A stretch of 63,197 nucleotides of DNA, counting the filler, from Aduncisulcus paluster (lineage: Eukaryota): the NCBI GenBank assembly GCA_024181965.1. It is 5 parts of 5 records of this genome, joined end to end, with 100 filler letters (N's around TTAATTAATTAA, not from the genome) between each part and the next. Parts side by side here need not be neighbours in the genome. Positions count along the whole stretch, not along the records: positions 1 to 17,349 come from BQXS01012756.1; positions 17,450 to 39,402 come from BQXS01012757.1; 3 more parts are not named here. The stretch is one strand, 5' to 3'. A model generated the notes under the pieces. It made no database searches. It worked only from the letters and a program-made list of their open reading frames with translations, and was not told where the DNA came from. A program made the translations under genes and the position numbers. This document shows positions 12,928 to 23,920 of this stretch, in pieces (within the stretch, counting starts at the first letter, position 1; each line of letters begins with the position of its first letter).

Positions 12928-14154
12928 TTACAGAATTATGATTTTTGCCGCAAGCATTGTTTTTAAACTTGATAAATAAGTTTTCTGGTTGTGGGTTCCT
13001 ATAATTCGATGAAGGTACAGTGGGTTTTGACCATCCCAAAACCTTGCCGAATCAGGGCCTCCGAGATGAGAATCATTATACTGTACTATTATATGAGTCC
13101 CATAGAAGCGAATCGTTGTACCGTTAATAAAGACATCAAACCCCTTTTGTAAAGCGACCGCGTAGGTTACAAGTTCCGTAAGAAAGGCCGAAGTGTCGAT
13201 CTGTCCGTTCTCAGGGAGGACGGAGATTTCTTTCCAAGCAAAATCCTTTGTTTTAAAATCGTTCTCAACATTGGCCAGTGTCCATCTAATTGTAGGAGCG
13301 ATATGTCCAACTCTACATGTCATTACACCATCCATGAATACTAAGATGGGTATAATAAATACAGGTGTGATATGGTGTCTGTCACATATTCGTACATAAT
13401 CGAAGTAATCCGGATGAGTGAGTGGCTCCCAGTCTTTATCGATACATGGAAATGGCTCTAAAGCAATCTGTTTTCTTGTGTGATCCCATATCTCATAGTA
13501 GTTTCGATATGAGCAACAATGAGGATCAGCTTCATCATATTTGGGAAGAGTTATATATATGGTGAAAAGTGACGGAATTTCTGGAAATTATGGAAGACAA
13601 AACTCGGAAATACGGATATCGGCGATCTCCAAGTAAAGTCAACGGTCTCACCATCGTATTTGAACGAGCACTGCCTATTCGATCGCATAACGCTCTTCCG
13701 CAGTTGATGGACAGTCTTGAGGGAAGGTAAACTATACATCATATTCCTTTTTGTCAGTGATCATGGCTGAACGTAGAGAACGGTATAGGGTATCGGATAG
13801 CTGTCGTCTTATAACCCGGGCGAATAAAAGGGTAGCGGTGTGAGTAAGCTTTCCAATAAGAGTTCTAACCCTTTCTTCAATGGGTATCATGGAATGAAAG
13901 TCTACGTAATCGGTAATAGAAGACACGTCAGGTATCGATGAAGGGGGTTGTATTAAAGAATGGGTCGTTAAGTCACTGTCTTCAGATGGGACGTAGCACT
14001 CATTCAGGCCAAAATCGTCTTCAAGCGGAATAAATTCCTCTTCTTCAGGGACTACAGACATACATTCAACTTCAGGGGTATGAGGAACCTCCATCTGAGT
14101 TTGCGGGGGCTCCCAGCAGCTGTTTTTGCCGACATAACGCCTGCCTTCAGACAT
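12928..14154 (-). mobile_element. Degenerate Plavaka-like transposase, copy 2
   Basis: Frames 13732-14154, 13551-13742 and ~13550-12928 join into one protein by alignment with copy 1. Contains PILVFMDGV...PTIRWTLANV...GFDVFINGTTIRF, resembling the Plavaka P-I-I-x-x-x-D...P-x-x-x-T-x-G/A-N block. Confidence 0.6.
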
Positions 14155-14399
14155 AATGTGATGAAGATGCGACGATGACGTCTAGCAAATTCCAATGTCT
14201 CTTTAGCCTCCTTTGGGGTAGAAGCTATCCCATATTGTAATGAATACATATCATTCAATACAAACATTAGCAGAATATGGCGGAAGGTTATATGAGAGTA
14301 GGCCGAATACGATAATGTGACGGGTTCAGACACCGTCAAAATACTGCGTGTGTGCTTTGAACTGGTCCTTGTATGAGATGATCGGGAGGTAGATGACGA

Positions 14400-16051
14400 C
14401 TGCGAAGTAGTTTCCGTGCTGTGACTGGATTCGAAATCACAAGGATCTTCTTCTTCACTAGTCATATCCGTGTCTTCTTCGTCATCATTGGCATTTTTAG
14501 AATATAAAAAACTATAATTCCCTGCCCATGTCCTATTATCCAAGTCATATAGCACAGCAGCGACGATGCGTAGGGCAGAGCAATCACTTGCCTCCATTTT
14601 ACCAGTTCCGAGCTGTACACGACAGGAAAGAGCTTAAGACGTTTGTTAATAATCATCTTTTGAGAACCTGTAAAGATAATATCAAATAGCTTCGCCGTAT
14701 CAAAGCTGATTCCTAGGTCCTCTACATGGAGTATGTCAGCTGCATGAAGTTGTAACGGTGAATAAAGTAACTTCTGCTCGGCGTGTGCAACCCAAAGGGG
14801 CAGATCTGCTCGTATTGCTTCTACAGAGGGCCTTGATGTAACAATAGTATAGAAGCGTCGCTTTACCCCAGTTTCCGTGGCAAGAAGGAGCTCGGGTCCG
14901 GTTAACGCACACCAGGGATATGGATCATTGGATGAATGTTTCGTTCCTATATTATCTGTCACCTGTTTCCCATCGGATATGATGTGAAAGAGAGCACCAT
15001 AGATTCATAACCATGATTGGGAGAAGTTGTACATTCGTCTTCAAGATTTGGAATATCTACCTGTTCCATTCGTTGTCTAATATGTCTGAAAAGATGAAAA
15101 TATTTAAGATACGAACAGCAGTGAGGGTTGTCAGGAGTCCATGTGGGAAGGGGGAAATAGGGAGAGAAGTGAACAAACTCTAAAAAATTGTTAACTATAT
15201 AGGCAGGGAGCACGGATATGGGGGATCTCCAACCGAAGTTTACGGTGTCGCCTTTATAGGAAAAAGTACATTGTCTTGTGGAACGTAAGACACTCTTCCG
15301 AAGCTTATGGATTGTTTGAAGCGAAGGAAGTGTACAAGTAATATGGAATTCCGTTTGATCTTTTAGCATTGCTTGTCGTAAGGACCTGTAGAATTTATCA
15401 GAGAGACCTCGGACCAATGTTTTGTGGAAGATGTTATTGGCTGCATGTGTAAGCTTCCCTCTGATCTTTTCAATTTGATCTTCAATAGGAATCAGAGTGG
15501 ACATATCTATCAATAGCAGAAACTTCTGGTAGCTCTTGGCTAAAGGACGAAATGAGTTGGGAGTGAGTGGGAGCTATAAAAGAAGAATCGCTGGTCTCAG
15601 AAGGGCCTCCCGTTCCGAAATCATCCTCAAGTGGAATAAATTCAGCTTCGGGGGTATGAGCTACTACTACTGGAACCTCCACGTGAGCTTGGGGGGGCAA
15701 GGTAAGGGAAGCAAACTCGGCACATATCTGATCATATGTGAGGGACAATGATTCATGTAAGATGTAATCATTTCCACAGATTACAAGCGAGTATCGATCT
15801 CTCGGGGTTATCACGGATATCACAGGACAGGCTAGAAACCTGGGACAGGTACACTTGAAATCATCCTCTGTCCATCGTGATCGCCACTTAGAGTGGTGCA
15901 TATGCCCTATGGAGCGTTGGCAATGCTTACATCTGACAAATATTCTCTTTTTGTCTAATTGCCCTTTCCCATAATTAAGAATGGCCATAGTGGGGTGAGG
16001 TGGTGCTGTAAGAGTACCTCCAGTAATGAGTTGGAGGTTTGGGGTTGCCAT
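14400..16051 (-). mobile_element. Degenerate Plavaka-like transposase, copy 1 (internally deleted)
   Basis: ORFs 15482-16051, 14959-15513 and 14462-14962. Shares EFIPLEDDFG, GKLTH, WRSPISV, HFSPY and PHCCSY with copy 2 and carries AADILHVEDLGI (D-x-L-H-x-x-x-L-G). Confidence 0.6.
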
Positions 16052-16499
16052 ATGCTTCGTGATAGCAAAGATGGATATTTCTCTATATGAGGAGATTAGA
16101 GCAGGATAAAATTATTTTGTGGACAAAATTAAATATTTTAAACGTTGAAAGTTATGAAAATGACATATTTATTGGATATAATTTTCCGCGGTTTGGGTGT
16201 GTTTGATTGGGATTTGTGCAAATCTTTCTTTGTTCGTAATCAAAGATATTAATATTATCTCCTCTGGGCCTGCGCAACCCAGGGGAGAATGGGATGAGTG
16301 CGGATGTGGGCATATCCTGTTCCATCGCAGTTCTCATATCGCTCAAAGATTCTTTCGTGAAAGGATGGGAAGACAGGATTAATTGTGTTATAAAACACTT
16401 CAGATTGGACATCTTATCCCATGGAAGGTCCTCGTACTCATTCTGTACCTCTCTTGGAGAATACATAGAAATGGGAGAGAGACAGAATCTTCAGACGTA

Positions 16500-17349
16500 C
16501 CTTCTTTTATCTTTCTCGTTTAAACCCAAATATACCTCGCAAGCATACATGAAACCGATTTAAACCGAGCCAATTCCTGAAACACACCGTATTCAAACTT
16601 AAAGTTAGGGGCATCAACAACCCTGACATGCAACTGTGCAGAAGAAACAACGTGCCCAGTAGATATAACATCCGCATTATCAATCCCCATCTCTGCACAA
16701 AAACTATCAGTATCAACAATTGTACCACTACAGAATATAGCAGATCTACACTCAGACAAAACGCGATGCATCACAACAGACGCATGCAAACATTCAAAAC
16801 GCAACACAACATTACTAGTCCCATCACATTTTCTTATAACAACACTATATGACAAATAATGCTGCTTATCAAAGTACACATATCTAACAACTTATATAAC
16901 ACTATCGAAGGAATATAATCACACCTCTTAAGCCGAAGGGCCTTAAAAGCAGAATCAAGTGTCAAATATACGCTCCTCTTATGCAAACATACACCATCAC
17001 CAGCAGAAATGATTGCATTAATATCTTTTATCACACGTGTAAGTAACTCAACCGTCAAATTGGCCGACATCAGGAAAGATCTCAGCTGTATAGGGGTCAA
17101 CATTCCCACAACACGACCATCACCATCTACATCAGATGCATATCTCTTATCCCAAAGACCACCCCACATCTTACGACAGATGTTAAAATCCCTCCTTGTA
17201 ATACCCTCACCATCAGAGGATTCAAACTCTTCAGACCGCTCAATATCACTCTGGGCTTCATCACACAACATAACAAACTCCGCGGACAACGGAACAACAT
17301 CATCAGACAAAGTCGAAGTAACATCATTAACAGACCCAAACAACTCAAC
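16500..17349 (-). pseudogene. XPD-family (FANCJ/RTEL1/DDX11-like) SF2 helicase fragment, frameshifted and truncated
   Basis: LRFECLHASVVMHRVLSECRSAIFCSGTIVDTDSFCAEMG...TGHVV matches the motif III region (C-L-x-P/A...S-x-I-x-x-S-G-T...F-x-x-E-L-G...H-V). Frameshift near 16870; runs off the contig. Confidence 0.7.
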
Positions 17350-17449
17350 NNNNNNNNNNNNNNNNNNNNNNNNNNNNNNNNNNNNNNNNNNNNTTAATTA
17401 ATTAANNNNNNNNNNNNNNNNNNNNNNNNNNNNNNNNNNNNNNNNNNNN
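17350..17449. other. Artificial contig linker
   Basis: N-run + TTAATTAATTAA (stops in all six frames) + N-run. Confidence 0.97.
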
Positions 17450-18905
17450 CCTCTATTGTGATAGTTTGTCAAGATGTGGACTGCATGGTCAGTGTGCTGT
17501 TGATCTATTTTCTGATTATTCTTCTGAGACATTGTATTGTGAATGCGATGCTGGATGGTATGGGTCAATATGCTCCTACAAATATCCTGTTGAGACTGCT
17601 AATTCCGTTGATTATGTGTGTGGAATTAATTACTCTACAGATCCATCTTCATCATATTCAGCCTATGGAATCTATTCATCAGACACTGACACATATTCGT
17701 GTGACTGTTCCTCCTATGGTCTCATCACTGATGCATCCACATCCACATGCATTGATCCTGCGACTCACCCTTATTACAAGGACATTGCTGGAAATGACAC
17801 TGCTTGCTTGACCTGTGGAACAACCACGGATAGTCATGGCACATGTGTGCTTGGTGAAGGAGAAGATAGTCTCATAGCCATGTGTCAGTGTGAGTATGGA
17901 TGGGGGAATAATAATAATAATAATGTTGATGATAGTACAACTGTCTCATCATCAGCATCATCATGCTCTGTTGACATGTGTGGAGTGAGTGAGGATAGTT
18001 ACACTGAAAGCAATGCAGATCCATCCTCTCTGTGTTCATCGCATGGAGTGTGTTATTCATATAGTTCCAGTGATTCCAATAATGCTTCAAGTATCCAATA
18101 TCAGTGTGCATGTGATGATGGGTGGAATGGTACAATGTGTGATGACGATAAAAATCCTATAAAGGTCCTTTTATATGTTTTTATCATTCTTTCTTGTGCT
18201 TTTGTTGGTGTTGGGATTTTCGGACTCATACTTTGGTTACGTTTAAAGCAGATGAGACGCGGGGAAAAACCAACAGAAAAAGCGAATGTTGGAAATGGTG
18301 CAGATGCTTTAGATCAAACAACAGCAGTATCAAAGATTGGATCCCAAGTTGATTTATCAGATTCCATGATACCCTCCCAATTAACACCAATTACAGAGGA
18401 GCACAAGTTATCACAACATCTTGAAGATGAAAACACTGATATTCCCACTGTTGTTCAGGTCAGAGATGATGCTTCTCTCCGTGAACATCAAGATCATGGA
18501 AGAGGAGAAGAAGAAGAAGGATCTCCTGCTTATGAATCGGCAATTAAAGTGAAAAGAAGAGTGAAGAAATCAAAACATCATGGTGAAAAAGACCAGGAAG
18601 CTGAAGAAAAGAAGGATGGTGAAGAAGATGTTCTTCAATCATCTAGTGAAGTTACAATTACAACAAAAAGGAGACAGAGGAAGAAAAAGAAGCAGAAAAC
18701 AAAGAAAGGCGATGATAAAGTCATTCAAGAAGAAAAAGAAGGAGAAGAAGAAAAAGAAGGAGAAGAAGGAGAGTCTCTTAAACCTATGACATTATCAATG
18801 CTGGAAATAGATGCAAAGTCTCCATCAACATACAAGAAGAGAGAAGAAGAAGAAGAAGAAGGACAAGATTCACACAAAGAAAGTTCTCTCTCCTCTAGAT
18901 CTTGA
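17450..18905 (+). CDS. EGF-repeat single-pass membrane protein, 5'-partial
   Basis: Several EGF-like units (CECDAGWYGSIC, CQCEYGWG, CACDDGWNGTMC), a hydrophobic TM (VLLYVFIILSCAFVGVGIFGLILWL) and a charged tail. The frame is open to the contig edge. Confidence 0.85.
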
Positions 18906-19537
18906 TAATAATGAATTACATTAAAAAAAACATTCGATTTCTCACTTTCTTCTCATCTCAAATCTATTTTTAATCTTCACTAGATCTATCCCAATGCTTC
19001 GAGTGAAGAAGAAAGATATTTTATTTTATATTTTTATTGTTTTTTATTTTTTTTATTATTCTCGTTATTATTATTCTTATTAATTGTCTATTAGTTTTGC
19101 ATTTATATTTTTACATTTATATTTTTACATTTATATTTTTACATATAAATCTGTTTTTGTTTTAGGTTTATTTCGTTGCAAGAATCTGCAATACTCAAAT
19201 GAAAAAAAAATGTTCAAGAGATTATTTTCACTAAAAATAGAATAGTATTCTTTACACTGTCCTATTCTAGAATCTAATCAAAGAAATTGAACATTTGTTT
19301 TTGGAGCATTTTCTCACGATATCTTTGTCTTTATTGTAAAAATCATTTGATTCAAAATGGTCATATTCAAGCTTTTTCATGTTTTCTTCAAATAATTTTT
19401 TGGAGCAAACTGCTCACTCACTCGGAATTTCAAACAAGAATTGGATCGGAAGTTTAAACTTCCGAAGTTTCCTTTGGGCCCCAAATTGGGGAACATAATT
19501 ATCAAAAGTCAAGAATAAAATATTTATATTGTTATTT

Positions 19538-21808
19538 TTACGGAGATTTTGAACTAAATTTCACTGTTTTCCTTCCATCTTTTGTTCCCCTTGATGTCAA
19601 TAAATCGATTCCAATCTCTTTCCCTGTAATTCTGCACAAATCCTGAGCATAAAACACATTTGTAAGCATCATAATAGTGCTTCCCTTGACAAAATGAGTC
19701 AAACTCTTAACAAAATCAACATAAAACTCGGGGAAAAATGGTGGGGCGAGGAAAATAACGTTGCTCGCACCATGAAGTCTTTCACGGTTGTAAAAATACC
19801 ACCGTTCACTCATCAAAACACTTCGAACAACACCATCTGAGAGCATTCCCATGGCACTTCTACCGACATCAGGACCATCGTAATCAGAGACACCTATAAA
19901 TAGTCTTTGAGAAAGATGGACAATATTCATTCCATTTCGAGTACATTCTTCTCTCATAGGTTNNNNNNNNNNNNNNNNNNNNTAAAACACATTTGTAAGC
20001 ATCATAATAGTGCTTCCCTTGACAAAATGAGTCAAACTCTTAACAAAATCAACATAAAACTCGGGGAAAAATGGTGGGGCGAGGAAAATAACGTTGCTCG
20101 CACCATGAAGTCTTTCACGGTTGTAAAAATACCACCGTTCACTCATCAAAACACTTCGAACAACACCATCTGAGAGCATTCCCATGGCACTTCTACCGAC
20201 ATCAGGACCATCGTAATCAGAGACACCTATAAATAGTCTTTGAGAAAGATGGACAATATTCATTCCATTTCGAGTACATTCTTCTCTCATAGGTTTGATT
20301 TCTCCCAACTCAGATCGGGCGAGATAATTTCTGATCTCTGGAAATATCAAGGGAGGACAAACAAGTAAAACTTGGGGATTCAATTTCGAACAAAGGACAC
20401 GAACAAGGATTTCATGGAGAATGTAATCCATGTGTGAGCGCTGTTGTTTCATGAGTGAGTCGGAGGGACTCACTGACCGAGAGATGATGTGAGTAGGTTT
20501 GTATCTATTTATAGAAAGTGAGAGAGGTGTCGAATAAGATGATACTGTGCCAGTTGTAGCTCGGCTGACAACTTTCGAATCATCATAATATTTAATTTCA
20601 GAAGGGTCAGCATACTCAATCTCACATGATTTACCCAATCTTGATTTCAATTGTTCTAATTTTGGAAATGAGAAAGAAGAACCAATAACATTTACACGAT
20701 GACTTCGGCTTTTCTTATCCAACTCGTGCAAAAACACTCTAGAAACATCGACGTTAGCCAGTGAGTACGGTTTTAAATTTAAAATATCAATACAATACTC
20801 CAGATGAAGCCAATTCTGCATTTGGATAAACTCACACTGTTCTAAAAATAGATACCTAACAGATGGTAATAATATACGAGCCGTGACAGGATATTTTGGG
20901 TTTAATACGAATTTCCGCTTAAATTTGTTTGGGGCTGCATGATCCAAATTTGAAGAAGTAGAATATTTTTTCTTAATTCTTCCATCTTTCTCCTCTTTCT
21001 TCGCTTGTTCATCAGCTTCTTTTTCTCTTTTTTCAATTTCTATTCTCAACCCTAATGGAGAAGCAACAATAATGTCACACCGATCAAGATCTGCAAGGAG
21101 GACAATCTTACAGCCGGTATCTTTACCGGTATCTTTACCGGTACCTTTAATAGAAGTAGTAGAAGTGGAATGGGAACTACTCGTGGAATCCCTGGGATTT
21201 ATAGCCACTCCAACGCAGAAATTATCATCATTATTGCCAAAAAAACGTTGTTTATAGTCCATATTTTTGACCAATTTCCCTTGTTTCCGTCTTTCAGAAT
21301 AATCATTTTCTGTGGTTCCATGTTCAAGCTCTAGATCACCAGAAAAGGCCTCAACAAAAGTATGCCATCCTTTAATTCCTTTGGCTTTTAGAAGGTCTTT
21401 TACGGTATTTCCAGTCATATCATCGCCACAATACGGGGTATTTTGTATTAATGTTCCAATAAACCGTAAACATGCATTACGAGTTGGAAGAAGGGCAACA
21501 GCGCAAACTCGAGATATTCCTTGATCTCTGTGTTCAGGTCTAAATTTAATATCTTTGTATAAATCGTGATAATATCTCCTTTTCCCACCCTCAACCGGTT
21601 CAGAGGTTAAAAGTGAATCTGTCTGGGCTCTAGCGATAGAATATTTCATATCATAGCTTTTTAATTCCATATCATGACGTTTTATGTCGATTCTCTGATC
21701 ATACACATATTTTGCTATGAATCTGGCAAAATCATTTCTAAATGCTTGTCTATCAAATTCAGAACGCACTTTACAACATATATGATTCTTTGGTGGAGTA
21801 GAAGACAT
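19538..21808 (-). CDS. UTP25: U3 snoRNA-associated protein 25 (DEF/UTP25)
   Basis: RDQGISRVCAVALLPTRN, FFGNNDDNF, DIIVASPLGLR, MQNWLH, SERWYFYNR, PPFFPEFY. Likely ATG at 21808. The C-terminal ~105 aa are duplicated across the 20-N gap (artefact). Confidence 0.9.
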   Translation of the reverse strand: MSSTPPKNHICCKVRSEFDRQAFRNDFARFIAKYVYDQRIDIKRHDMELKSYDMKYSIARAQTDSLLTSEPVEGGKRRYYHDLYKDIKFRPEHRDQGISRVCAVALLPTRNACLRFIGTLIQNTPYCGDDMTGNTVKDLLKAKGIKGWHTFVEAFSGDLELEHGTTENDYSERRKQGKLVKNMDYKQRFFGNNDDNFCVGVAINPRDSTSSSHSTSTTSIKGTGKDTGKDTGCKIVLLADLDRCDIIVASPLGLRIEIEKREKEADEQAKKEEKDGRIKKKYSTSSNLDHAAPNKFKRKFVLNPKYPVTARILLPSVRYLFLEQCEFIQMQNWLHLEYCIDILNLKPYSLANVDVSRVFLHELDKKSRSHRVNVIGSSFSFPKLEQLKSRLGKSCEIEYADPSEIKYYDDSKVVSRATTGTVSSYSTPLSLSINRYKPTHIISRSVSPSDSLMKQQRSHMDYILHEILVRVLCSKLNPQVLLVCPPLIFPEIRNYLARSELGEIKPMREECTRNGMNIVHLSQRLFIGVSDYDGPDVGRSAMGMLSDGVVRSVLMSERWYFYNRERLHGASNVIFLAPPFFPEFYVDFVKSLTHFVKGSTIMMLTNVFXXXXXXXXPMREECTRNGMNIVHLSQRLFIGVSDYDGPDVGRSAMGMLSDGVVRSVLMSERWYFYNRERLHGASNVIFLAPPFFPEFYVDFVKSLTHFVKGSTIMMLTNVFYAQDLCRITGKEIGIDLLTSRGTKDGRKTVKFSSKSP

Positions 21809-22136
21809 AAACAATTCTATGATAGCCACGAAATCGAATGATTGAGCGAATCTGAACAAAAATATGTTCAAAATTATTTTTAAGGATATATTAGGTTTTT
21901 TAGGCATCAATTTAGTTATTTGTGAAAGATGTTAAGGATAACATTAAGTATTTTGGCGTTTAGAGACTATTTCACAGTGTATCCACTCTACAATCTACTA
22001 CATGGTTTTAAATTAATAATTATTCTCTTTTTTGTTGAATTTCATGCATTTATATTTTGTTTTCTCCTCTATTGTTCGCTGGAATTTTAAAACTCTCGTT
22101 TTTGTCTCAATACCGTATGATAGAAGTTTATTTATA

Positions 22137-23885
22137 ATGGGAAAAATAGAATTACCCATGTATCTTTTTGATCTGGCGCGTGTTCTTGCTATCGAAGAAG
22201 AAGAAGACCGCTCAGCTCTTATTAGTGGAATGGCTTTATTAAGAAAGCTTAATTTTCGAGGTCTCGAGAAAATGGGATCACATAAACTCTCGGCTTCCCT
22301 TTTTAGTTGCTTATCGTCGGTTGCTACTTCCGTTAGAATCAACTCCTTCGGTCAACTTGAGGAAGACAAATTCGACAAATCGTGGGTTGAAAAAGATCTT
22401 CATTTGATGAATATACACATTCCAACAGATAAATCCCATTATAGTGAAGAAATAGGCCACTCTTCGTTATCAGTATTGTGTCTCGAAACTCTTCGTCGAT
22501 TTGCGTCCATCCCCTCCCTTATTTCCCAATTATTCCATAATATTCAACCATATTTGAAGAAATTATTTGATATTTCTATATATTTACTTAGATATGCCAT
22601 CCTCCATCCTCCATCGTCTTCAAGCGGTTCAAAGGCAGCAGAACTTTCTCCACCGTCGTTAAGATCTAATAATCCCAAAAAACTATCCAAATCTCCTCCC
22701 CCTATGTCTCAACTATCACTTCATTTCCTTCAACATTTCATGGATATCTTGTTTTCAATATTCTCAAACGATGACATTCATTTGTCTCGAGAAGGTCTGA
22801 CATACACATCTTCTTCTATTTCTAAACGACCCCCCACGGGTGTTGCCAAGCTTCCTGCCCATCTAACATCATCCACACTCTCTTCTATTTTCCCCGATGT
22901 TCTGACTCCCCAGTTCCTCTCCTATCTTGTTCAAGCCGCTTCTATCTCACAATCTAATTTGGGAGACACCGATATATCTCTATTTCTGTGTGTTCTTTCG
23001 ACCATCTCTCTTCATATTGAAGGTGCTGGAGATGTGATATGTGGATATTTGAATGATGAGCAATCACTCCAAGATAGTTCTGGTAGTTTAGAAGGTATTG
23101 ATAAAACCATAGCAAGTGGTGATAAAACATCTTCTCAAACTATTGGTACTCAAGCAGTTCAAGGACAAACTCAAGTTTCAGTGATTTCTTCACAGCCCTT
23201 GTTATCGATTCTTTTCTCATTATTCTGTTCTTCTCAAGTACACGTATCAGTGGTTGCTCTACATCTTTTATTATCTCTTTCTCAAAGAAGATCTGATATC
23301 GGTTCTGCTCTATTTTTAGAAAGTTACCAAGGGACAATGCTTAGAGTCTGTGTAAAGAGTCACACTGATCTAAATATAGATGTTCGGGTGAGAAAGATGG
23401 GTAGAGTTGTCCTTGAAACGTTTATCTCTATGAATTCTTCTGTTGTTCATGTTCTAGGCAAAGCTAGAGATCTGCATGACGTTGTTGATATCGTTTTACG
23501 GAGAATATCTTTACTTCGTGACCTTTCTCATGGTAGAAAACAATCCACCCATTCTCAACAATATATCTCATCTTCTACTCAACAACACCATCAAATACAA
23601 CGCACTGCAGCAACCATCGGTGGATCACAGGCTTCTTACTCACAATCTACTCTTTCTCAAAGTTCTAATAATAGTTCTTTCTCATTATCTCCACCAGATC
23701 AACCTCCACCGAGTACCTGGCTCGTGAGTGAAGTTAGAGAATGTCTATTCTTTCTCAAATTCCTTCTTTCTCACCAAGTTTTAAATAGAGTTTTATTAAA
23801 ACGAATGTCAACACCGACCACAGTTGCTCTATTAATAGAAATGGCTTTATTTAGTGATCACCACCTTCGTTCTTCCTCCTCTTCT

Positions 23886-23920
<35 letters not shown>

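Noticed and set aside
4570..17349. Alternative genetic code or RNA editing to explain the broken ORFs
   Set aside because: The breaks are frameshifts and deletions at different places in the paralogs, and genes on the other contigs read normally with TAA, TAG and TGA stops.
17394..17405. TTAATTAATTAA motif recurring four times in the window
   Set aside because: It is always embedded in 100-bp N-padded blocks, so it is an artificial linker. Adjacency across these points has no biological meaning.
19650..20295. Apparent internal duplication in UTP25
   Set aside because: Identical sequence flanks a 20-N gap: an unmerged scaffold overlap.
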